Shown here one piece after another: positions 30,160-37,677 of a stretch of DNA of 64,000 nucleotides. Source of the stretch: Sedimentisphaerales bacterium (GTDB lineage: Bacteria > Planctomycetota > Phycisphaerae > Sedimentisphaerales > Anaerobacaceae); NCBI GenBank assembly GCA_963708075.1, contig OY970194.1, positions 1,248,001 through 1,312,000 on the forward strand, in the 5' to 3' direction. How positions within the stretch are numbered: position 1 is the first letter of the stretch; every line of letters starts with the position of its first letter. The position numbers and the translations under genes are program-made. The notes beneath the pieces were generated by a model. The model had not been told where the DNA came from. It was given only the letters and a program-made list of their open reading frames with translations, and did no database searches.

Positions 30160-30239
30160 GGGTGCCATGCCCACGCTCGCGTGGGCATGCTTCATCGACA
30201 GGCCAAGGCATGCTTACGCAAAGCGTAAGCATGGCACCC
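30160..30239. repeat. Second REP-like inverted doublet
   Basis: GGGTGCCATG-CCCACGCTCGCGTGGG-CATG and inverted CATG-CTTACGCAAAGCGTAAG-CATGGCACCC; terminal 10-bp inverted repeat with two internal hairpins. Confidence 0.75.
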
Positions 30240-30291
30240 AGGCGGAACACTCTATCGCGCCCACAACTTTAAGAGGGTCGCAGTACTACCA

Positions 30292-31239
30292 TTAGATCGT
30301 CACCGTCAGGTACTCGCTGTCGCGGATGAACTTCACGGCCCCTTCGAATGCAGCCGGAATCAGCACGCAGTCACCCGCTTTGCACTCGACCGGCTCCACG
30401 TCCATCGAGAGAATGACCCCTCCGCCGGTGATGAAGATCAGCACCCGCATCAGCCCACGGACGAGAAGCAACTCGCAGTTCCTGCACTGATGGCCCTTGT
30501 CGACCTTGAAGTACGGTGAATCGACCAGCCGGCCCACGGTCGTCACCGGCAGCTTGTCCGGCGTGATGTCGAAGCGGATGCTCTCCAGAGCCTCGTCGAT
30601 ATGTAGCGGCCTCGGACTGCCATGCTCGTCCACGCGATTCCAGTCGAAGACCCGGTACGTCGTATCGGATGGCGTCTGGACCTCCGCGATGAGTAGCCCG
30701 GCGGAAAGAGCGTGTACGGTCCCGGCCGGCAGGTAGTGACATTCGCCCACCTGCACGGGGACCCGCGCCAACAGGTCGGCTACTGACCCGTCCTCGATCG
30801 CCCGGGTGAACTGCTCCTTGGTGACGCCCTTCTTGAGCCCTTTATAGATGGCGGCCCCAGGCTCGGCATGGATGATGTACCAGCACTCGGTCTTGGGCTG
30901 GCCCGTGCCCATCCGCCGACAGGTCTGCGGGTCCGGATGCACTTGCACGCTGAGCACATCCTGGGCATCAAGAAACTTGATCAGCAGCGGAAATGCCGTC
31001 GGAAAATCCTTTGTCCCCGTAATCTCCTCGCGATACCGCGCAACCGCCTCACCCAGAGTCTGTCCCCGAAGCGGTCCATTGCCGATAGTCGATCTCCCCT
31101 CAACCAGATCAGCGATCTCCCAGCTCTCGCCGATCTTCTTTCCCGGTGGCAACTCCTTGCCGAACACGTCCCGGAGCCTCTGTCCGCCCCAGATCCGCTC
31201 CTTAAACACCGGCACCGATTTCAACGGATATACTCTCAT
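30292..31239 (-). CDS. manA: Class I mannose-6-phosphate isomerase
   Basis: ERIWGG, GESWE, FPLLIKFLDA, LSVQVHP, KTECWY, PAGTVHA, EVQTPSDTTYR. Confidence 0.92.
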   Translation of the reverse strand: MRVYPLKSVPVFKERIWGGQRLRDVFGKELPPGKKIGESWEIADLVEGRSTIGNGPLRGQTLGEAVARYREEITGTKDFPTAFPLLIKFLDAQDVLSVQVHPDPQTCRRMGTGQPKTECWYIIHAEPGAAIYKGLKKGVTKEQFTRAIEDGSVADLLARVPVQVGECHYLPAGTVHALSAGLLIAEVQTPSDTTYRVFDWNRVDEHGSPRPLHIDEALESIRFDITPDKLPVTTVGRLVDSPYFKVDKGHQCRNCELLLVRGLMRVLIFITGGGVILSMDVEPVECKAGDCVLIPAAFEGAVKFIRDSEYLTVTI

Positions 31240-31287
31240 CCCGCCCATTCTATCCAAGACCCCGCCCGCTGACAAACCCGCTTTGGC

Positions 31288-32208
31288 CTAGAAAGGTTCC
31301 TCTGAGATTTCTTTATGACGTGACTGCAACTGACGAATCTTCCCGTCTACTGCATTCACTAAGTCCTTGGCTGCTCCAATCACGGTCTCGACATCCCCCC
31401 GTGACAGAAACCTTTCTTTGCCGTCGGTTGTCTTCCCATTTCGATGCACGATGTCATGACGAATCCTGACCGCTTCATACAAGGCCCCAAGCTTATCAGG
31501 CCAATCCACCCCAAGCACAGTCTTGTAGAGTTGATGCGCCCTAGCCAGGTTGTGCCAGCTTATCTGAAGAAGGTATTCTCGCACGACTTTTTCAGGTGTT
31601 ACGTCTCCACGAACAAGATCCGTAAGTTCGACCTTTCTTGCCTTCAAATTCGGGTCCGTGACTGCTAATTTACACAGGAGAGTTCTATCGGCAAGGACCG
31701 TGACGATAAAAGCATCTGAGAGATATGCTTCCAGTGCTATTATTACACTCGCATAGAGGAGTCGGAGGAAGTATCCCTCCGATGCCGAAGGCGGATTGAT
31801 ATCGAGGAGTTGTTCGATTGTATCGAGGCTGTGCCCAAAGGCCTGGTAGAACTGGCTGGTTCTTATCGCTTCGGCCAGATAGTCATCCGACTGATCTTGG
31901 TCTGGGATTCCAGACCATTCGTAGCACGAATATTCATTGACAAGCTCCTGAGCGCACTCATCAATGACATCGTCATCTACGATGCCGCTGAATTCGTTAG
32001 ACAGTTCTTCTTGAGCGTCGTAAGGACCGCCCCAGATATACTGGAAGCCTCCCTCGCGCGATTCGTATGGGCATACATTCGTCGGATCGTCATAGTGGGT
32101 TAAGAACCAAGCCTTCATAATCTTCTTCTGTTCCTCCGGCTCTGCCTCAGCGAGGTGGTCTGGGTCGAATCTCGGGGCGTCATCTTCGAAAAAGGACATC
32201 TGTGACAT
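31288..32208 (-). CDS. HEPN-motif protein with acidic N-terminal domain (putative RNase/defence protein)
   Basis: C-terminal helical domain with LEAYLSD and RHDIVHRNG (Rx4H); N-terminal DP...CPYESREGGFQYIWGGPYDA; low GC; GAGGAAG RBS. Confidence 0.75.
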   Translation of the reverse strand: MSQMSFFEDDAPRFDPDHLAEAEPEEQKKIMKAWFLTHYDDPTNVCPYESREGGFQYIWGGPYDAQEELSNEFSGIVDDDVIDECAQELVNEYSCYEWSGIPDQDQSDDYLAEAIRTSQFYQAFGHSLDTIEQLLDINPPSASEGYFLRLLYASVIIALEAYLSDAFIVTVLADRTLLCKLAVTDPNLKARKVELTDLVRGDVTPEKVVREYLLQISWHNLARAHQLYKTVLGVDWPDKLGALYEAVRIRHDIVHRNGKTTDGKERFLSRGDVETVIGAAKDLVNAVDGKIRQLQSRHKEISEEPF

Positions 32209-32295
32209 ATCTTCCTCTTTCAGTTCTCTGGATATGAGATCAGTTTATAGCCGGCACCCCGGCATAGTCATGTAGCGGGCAGGTCCTCATTGTGC

Positions 32296-33062
32296 TCATG
32301 CGGCGACCTCATCCATGAAGTGTCTAATGCCTTTGAGCATTTGCTCCACATCCGTACGACTGAACTGGTCAAACTGACCGTGTGCTGCGTTGTTACGTAT
32401 GTCTGCCAGTACAGTTGCTTGGCCTTCAACTGGTTGTAGACGCCAGCTTTCTTGAGGTCATCAATCATCACATTCATCTTCTTGTTCTCGCCATTTTCCT
32501 TCACGGTTGGTATGGACGGGTTTTGTCCCTTGCACAAGTCTCTCAGTATCTTTTCAAGTACCGCCCCGGCGAGCACGGCTCCGGGCACGTGGTCAAATTC
32601 GCCCTGTTGCCCTTCAGACAAGAGGCGTTCGGCCTGTCCCATATAGTCTGCCGCAAATTCTCTCTCAATTTGGCCGATCAAATCACCAAGGAAGCCATTT
32701 TCATAATCTGCTCTAAGGCCCTTTAGAGTGCCTATCCCCCAATCGAAGTGCCCAGGACAAATGCGAATATTCCGAAAGCCCTCAACATCATTCCTATGGG
32801 CACTTTCCGCGGGGAGGATCTGATCTAAGAGCGATGCACAGGAGGTGCGCCAAGCCATAAAGGGTTGGGGAGCAAGTTCGTAATGGTCTGGTAGTCTCTG
32901 CCGGGGACCAAGTCCGCCAAATGAGTCGTATTGGGTGTGGATAAAACTCTCACGATAACCACCCGGAACGGTGCGCATCTGTTGATAAAGGGTCTCTCCC
33001 TGTGCTATGAGTTCGTCGAATCGAGCTAAGTGTTTTTTTCTCAACTCAAGTGGAAGCAGCAT
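32296..33062 (-). pseudogene. HEPN/DUF4145-like protein, frameshifted near 32407
   Basis: AVLAGAVLEKIL...LKKAGVYNQLKAKQL, then a shifted frame reads ADIRNNAAHGQFDQFSRTDVEQMLKGIRHFMDEVAA* (Rx4H motif), with stop at 32296-32298. Confidence 0.75.
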
Positions 33063-33443
33063 TTTATGGTCCTCACCAGCCTTCAACGAGCAGCTCTTGA
33101 ACTGACGCCATTATACCCTCTAGTCGTGTACGCTAATCACAGGATTTGAGTGAATTGTCGGCTCTGCGCTGCAAGTGGCTGTAATCTAAAGAAAGGGGAC
33201 GGTGTCAGGTGTCTATTCGGAAGACCACTGGGCTGTAATTCCGGGGACATCCATGAGCAAGCCGTTGTCAGGCGTGCCCTGGGCTTGTCGAAGGGACGGT
33301 CGCGGGATTCTTTCGCGGGAGTCCCACACATCTATTCGGTGTCGCCCGACTAAAGACTCGGGGACGTGAGTCTCCGGGCCGCAGAGAGTTGCCAATGTTG
33401 TCGGGGCGTGGTCGGAAAGCGGTGGCGGCCTGCATGGCTCTTT

Positions 33444-33545
33444 GTAGGGTGAGCGTCCGCGCTCGCCCATTCTGAGGATTCACCACGGACCAGATGAGGT
33501 GCAAGGGCCACAGGCAACGGGGACGAGCGGGGACGCTCGTCCTAC
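33444..33545. repeat. REP-like inverted doublet (GTAG-tagged)
   Basis: GTAGGGTGAGCGTCCGCGCTCGCCC (33444-33468) and inverted GGGACGAGCGGGGACGCTCGTCCTAC (33520-33545). Confidence 0.75.
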
Positions 33546-33885
33546 GCGGAGATCGGAATCCGCCACCGAAGGCCGGCCGCAGCCTTTTGTCACTACTTGA
33601 CAAAAGTCATGGAACATTTTGCCTGCATGGAACGTCTTTAATACATGGTGAGATGACCATGTCTCATTGGGCGCAGCGACGCCCGGGCCGGCCCGGCGGC
33701 CACGGTCAATCGTATATCACGAATCGTTAATCGTAGATGTCCTGAGGGAACGTGAAATCCCAGCCGGCCGGCGGCATAGGTTCGATGCCCACTGCTGTCA
33801 AGCAAGGCCAGTCGCCGATATCCCGGAAAGTCTATAGGCAAGCTTCGCTTGACGATGCCGCCCCGTGGGGGGCAGCTATTGCGCC

Positions 33886-34460
33886 AAACAAAGCCAATTG
33901 GAGCAGCCTGGGTCCGTTTGTAGTGTGCCCGTAAGGGCATCAAGGGAAGAAACGCCTTACGGCGTCACTACGAACGAGGATGTGAAACAAAGCCAATTCG
34001 TGATGGAGGAAGGTGGGCCCTTGGGATTGCGGATTGCGGTTGAAGGACGGAAGACTGTCTCGTCGGGCTACGCAATGACAGCACAGGCGAATATGCGAAA
34101 CAAAGCCAAATTCGGGAGATATGGGGTATCTGGGGAAGAATCGGTATCGTGTCTGGCACGGGGCGGAATGTGCGAAACAAAGCCAATATGGCCTTGCCGA
34201 GCGGGCTACAGGCGGTGTGCAAAACAAAGCCAATTTGGGGCCGGGGGCCCTTGGATTGCGGATTTCGGAATGCGGATTGAAGACGAGGACCGCGGTTGCA
34301 GTGATGCCCTCGTGCGGCGTGCGGAACAAAGCCAATCCGGGGGAAGGAGTATCGAGTCTGAAGTGTGAAGTGTCAAATAGCACCCCCGCCCGCAGGGGTG
34401 ATCCCAGCCGAGGGCGGCTGGGCCACATGGTGGCTGACTCGACGTGCCGAACAAAGCCAA
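33886..34460. repeat. Array of 7 irregularly spaced direct repeats, invariant core AACAAAGCCAA
   Basis: 12-mers (A/G)AACAAAGCCAA start at 33886, 33985, 34098, 34175, 34222, 34324 and 34449, all on the same strand, with periods of 47-125 bp. Confidence 0.9.
33916..33975. repeat. REP-like inverted doublet inside the repeat array
   Basis: GTTTGTAGTG-TGCCCGTAAGGGCA and inverted ACGCCTTACGGCGT-CACTACGAAC. Confidence 0.7.
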
Positions 34461-34519
34461 TTTCCCAGGCCGGTTCGTGCGCGAGCCGGGTATACCCGAT
34501 GAGCGGCGGGGGATGGCGT

Positions 34520-35446
34520 CTATTGCAGGTAGTTCAGGATGCCGGCGGCTATGGCTTGGGCCAGGCGGGTTTGAAAGGTGTTGTCCTGGAGGCGGCGGGC
34601 GTCCAGGGGGTTGGAGAGGTAGCCCGTTTCGATGAGGATGGCGGGACAGCTTGTCAGCACGAGGACTTTGTAGTCGGCTTCGCGGATGCCGCGGGTGTCT
34701 GAACCCGTGCCGGCCATCTTCGCGCTGACGGCCCGGGCCGCCTCGTAGGCATCGCGCGACGCGTCCCTGGCCACATACAGAGTGAAGCCGCTGATGCTGC
34801 GGTCGGGGACCGAATCGGCGTGGATGCTCACGAACAGATCGGTGTCACGGCGGTTGGCGATCTCCGCCCGTTCTTCCAGTTCGATGAAGCGGTCGTCCTG
34901 CCGGGTCATGACCACGTTGATGCCCTGTTGCGCCAGCAACGCCGCGACCTTTGTGGCCACCTGCAGAGTGATGTGCTTCTCATAGCGCCCGGCGACCATG
35001 GAGCCAGGGTCTTTTCCGCCGTGACCCGCGTCAACGACGACAATGGCAGTGCCGGGCTTGGGGCGAGGGCGTGCCGCCACAGGCGGCTGCTCCGGTCCAG
35101 GGATGCGCAGGTACGGCTGGATCGTCGCGACGAGCGTCTCGGGAACGTAAACGGTAGTGCCGACCCTGCGAGTCTCGCCGACGGGGCCGATGGCCTTGCC
35201 GTTCACGAAGAACCGTCCATCCGCTTGTATGAAGATCAGCACGGTATTGGCGGCGTTCTTGAGGACAACGAACGTCTCGGCCCGCTCCTGGATACGAAGT
35301 CTCAGCCGGGCGGCCAGCTCATCGATGGTGACGGTCTGCTCCTTGACGGTCACGCTGACCGCAGGCCGCTGCTGCGGCTGCTGGCAGCCACCGACCGCCA
35401 GGACCACACCCGTAAGAATGGTGAGCAGTCTGGTTCTTGAACTCAT
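34520..35446 (-). CDS. N-acetylmuramoyl-L-alanine amidase (Amidase_3), lipoprotein
   Basis: Lipobox VGGC; VVDAGHGGKDPG, EK, TR.DD..I.L..R...AN, FVSIHAD, ILIETGYLSN. Confidence 0.92.
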   Translation of the reverse strand: MSSRTRLLTILTGVVLAVGGCQQPQQRPAVSVTVKEQTVTIDELAARLRLRIQERAETFVVLKNAANTVLIFIQADGRFFVNGKAIGPVGETRRVGTTVYVPETLVATIQPYLRIPGPEQPPVAARPRPKPGTAIVVVDAGHGGKDPGSMVAGRYEKHITLQVATKVAALLAQQGINVVMTRQDDRFIELEERAEIANRRDTDLFVSIHADSVPDRSISGFTLYVARDASRDAYEAARAVSAKMAGTGSDTRGIREADYKVLVLTSCPAILIETGYLSNPLDARRLQDNTFQTRLAQAIAAGILNYLQ

Positions 35447-35504
35447 AATAGAGTTTTTATCGGATATTGGGCCGTGAAATGTTTAGACTTTCTGGCGACA
35501 ATTC

Positions 35505-35927
35505 TCACGCGCAGGCCGGGCACAGGCCTTCCAGCCGGACTTGTTGACGGCTGATGACGAAGCCTTTGTCGGCAACCCTGGCCATGGGCAGCGAGATATC
35601 CGTGAGGCAGTGGGTGACGCCGCAGCTCGTGCATGTAAAATGCGGGTGGCACTGGTGTTCCGTGCAGTGGTCGGCCAGCTCGAAATACCACGCCCGCTTA
35701 TACGTGAACGCGCGGTGGACCAGTCCCGCCTCGACCAGCGATTCCAGCGTGCGGTAGACAGTGACCTTATTGAAGGTTTTCTCCATTGATGGAGGAGCGA
35801 TCTGATCCTGCCGAAGGGGCCTGGCTGTTTCCATGAGGGCCCGCAGAATGGCGATCCTCGCTTCCGTGCAATACAGCTTTGCGTGTTTCAGCATCTCCCG
35901 GGCCTTATTGTCAAGTCGTGTGATCAT
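35505..35927 (-). CDS. Fur family transcriptional regulator
   Basis: T.AR..IL, TVYRTL..L...GLV, HPHFTCTSCG, C-terminal GLCPAC. Confidence 0.92.
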   Translation of the reverse strand: MITRLDNKAREMLKHAKLYCTEARIAILRALMETARPLRQDQIAPPSMEKTFNKVTVYRTLESLVEAGLVHRAFTYKRAWYFELADHCTEHQCHPHFTCTSCGVTHCLTDISLPMARVADKGFVISRQQVRLEGLCPACA

Positions 35928-36643
35928 GCCGGGATCTCCACAGAGTGCTCATGGTCGAGGTGCAGGTGAGGCGAGCGAACGAAGAACATGGGAAAGATGA
36001 TATCGCTGAAGCAGCAAGGCAGCCAGACCGCGATGAACAGGACGACGAAAGCTCCGAGCAACAGCACGGGCGACAATTCCCGATGCGTGTTCATGAGGAT
36101 ATGGAAGGAGGACGCCCACGTGCTGACGAGGATATGGCCGGCATGGGGGAGCTTCGTTCGAGGCCGGCACCACGCAATGAGCACGCCCAGAATCGCCGCC
36201 GGGTTGACCAGGTACCACTCCTCGATAAATCCCAGATGTATCTCGGGTCTGCCGGATTCGGCTTCGTGACCGTGACCCGCCTCCTGGTCATCCGCATGGC
36301 TGTGCACCTTCGCCTCAGTCGGCACAGACACTCCGAGCAGGCTCTCTCCGAAGTATGGCAGAACGGAATCGCTGAGCGTGGCGGTCCCGACAGCCCCGAT
36401 GTAACCGACGAGCAGGACAACAAAAAAGCCTTTTCCCTTTTCGTACAGCCTGTACAGCGACGCGGTCACGGTCGCCGCCAGAATCACGTGGAGGGGATGA
36501 AAGACCCTGAACAGCCCGTGGGATACCTCCGTCGGGGCCTTGGCAAACAAAAGCATGGCCAGGATTCCCGTAGCGGCCCCGAAAAGCGTAAACGGGGCGT
36601 GCTCCCTGAGTTCTGTCACGATCCCATGTGCTCTCGTATGCAT
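35924..36643 (-). CDS. His-rich polytopic membrane protein (putative metal permease)
   Basis: About 6 TM helices with HAPFT, FHPLH, PHAGH, SSFH and PCCFSD; His-rich loop HSHADDQEAGHGHE; ATGA overlap with the Fur-family gene. Confidence 0.7.
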   Translation of the reverse strand: MHTRAHGIVTELREHAPFTLFGAATGILAMLLFAKAPTEVSHGLFRVFHPLHVILAATVTASLYRLYEKGKGFFVVLLVGYIGAVGTATLSDSVLPYFGESLLGVSVPTEAKVHSHADDQEAGHGHEAESGRPEIHLGFIEEWYLVNPAAILGVLIAWCRPRTKLPHAGHILVSTWASSFHILMNTHRELSPVLLLGAFVVLFIAVWLPCCFSDIIFPMFFVRSPHLHLDHEHSVEIPA

Positions 36644-36708
36644 TTCTATGTACTCCTCAGCGTCCGATAGATTCACATCCGTGCATCCACTGTACACAGC
36701 GATTCCAT

Positions 36709-36731
36709 AATTTGCAACTCAGTTGCAGATT
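36709..36731. promoter_or_regulatory. 11-1-11 palindrome, candidate Fur/Zur-family operator
   Basis: AATTTGCAACT-C-AGTTGCAGATT (one mismatch) in AT-rich DNA ~65 bp upstream of the membrane protein-Fur operon. Confidence 0.65.
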
Positions 36732-36912
36732 TTATAACGGGCTTCTATTTTATAGACTTTATGTGCAGCTATGTGCCCGCTCATTCCGATGATGTCCGGG
36801 GCGTGGCCTATGCGCGTGGCTGACAGGGCTCATGCGAGCATAAGTACAATGCCTCGCGGGAGTTGCGTACAGCCGGTTCCGACGGTGGTGTACGATCGGA
36901 ATGAGAAAGCAT

Positions 36913-36942
36913 GTGTCCGGGACCCGTGTCCCGGCACTTTTT
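36913..36942 (+). terminator. Terminator-like hairpin just upstream of the ccdA-like gene
   Basis: GTG(T)CCGGGAC-CCGT-GTCCCGGCAC followed by TTTTT. Confidence 0.45.
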
Positions 36943-36956
36943 GAAAGAGAACAACT

Positions 36957-37670
36957 GTGCTCGAAACACTGGAAAAGTCACTGATCGAATCGCCTGTTTC
37001 TGCCCTATTCGTCATATTCTGGATCGGGGCCGTAACCTCGCTCAGCTCGTGCACGGCGATCCGGCTGCCGATTGTGCTGGGGTATATTGGGGCCACGGTC
37101 CACTCCAGGAAACGCTCACTGCTCCTGACTGTGCTCTTTTTCCTCGGGCTGGTGGTCAGCTATGTGTTGATCGGGGCAGCCGCAGCATCTGTGGCCGGGA
37201 TGGTGCAACGATTGCTCAACACCAGCAAAGAGATCTTCTGGGTATCCGGCGCACTGCTGTTCGTCGCCGGCGCCTTGATTTCAGGCTTGATAGGTCCCGG
37301 TCTGCTGCCCGGCCGCTGCCGGCGTATCGGCGTTTGGCTGGACCGGACGCGCGGGCTAGGTGCTTTTGCCTTCGGGCTGATCTTCGGCCTGCTCACGATG
37401 CCCGCCTGTCCGCTCTGCGGTGCGGGTCTGATCGTGCTTGCAGGGATCGTGGCGGACAAGGGGCTGTCCTCGTACGGGCTCGCCATGTTTGCCAGTTTCG
37501 CACTTGGTCAGGCTCTGCCCGTCGTTGCTCTTGGGGTGCTGACCACAATTGTCGGCCCGGGGCTGGTGAATTGGGTACGGACGCGCCTGTGCTCTGCCGA
37601 GCAGCATGCCCAGTTGTTTTGCGGCAACCTGCTGATGGTCCTCGGCATCTACTTCATCGTCGTGGGTTAG
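36957..37670 (+). CDS. Cytochrome c biogenesis CcdA / DsbD transmembrane-domain protein
   Basis: Six TM helices with SLSSC...LPIVLGYI and MPACPLC. Confidence 0.8.
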   Translation: MLETLEKSLIESPVSALFVIFWIGAVTSLSSCTAIRLPIVLGYIGATVHSRKRSLLLTVLFFLGLVVSYVLIGAAAASVAGMVQRLLNTSKEIFWVSGALLFVAGALISGLIGPGLLPGRCRRIGVWLDRTRGLGAFAFGLIFGLLTMPACPLCGAGLIVLAGIVADKGLSSYGLAMFASFALGQALPVVALGVLTTIVGPGLVNWVRTRLCSAEQHAQLFCGNLLMVLGIYFIVVG

Positions 37671-37677
37671 GTGGAAT

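Noticed and set aside
33886..34460. CRISPR array
   Set aside because: The conserved unit is only ~12-16 bp, spacing varies from 47 to 125 bp, spacers contain repeats of their own, and no cas genes are present.
33137..34702. ORFs called across the repeat hub (e.g. 33865-34368, 34121-34702, 33940-34428)
   Set aside because: No recognisable domains; the same DNA motif appears in all frames, so these are likely spurious translations.
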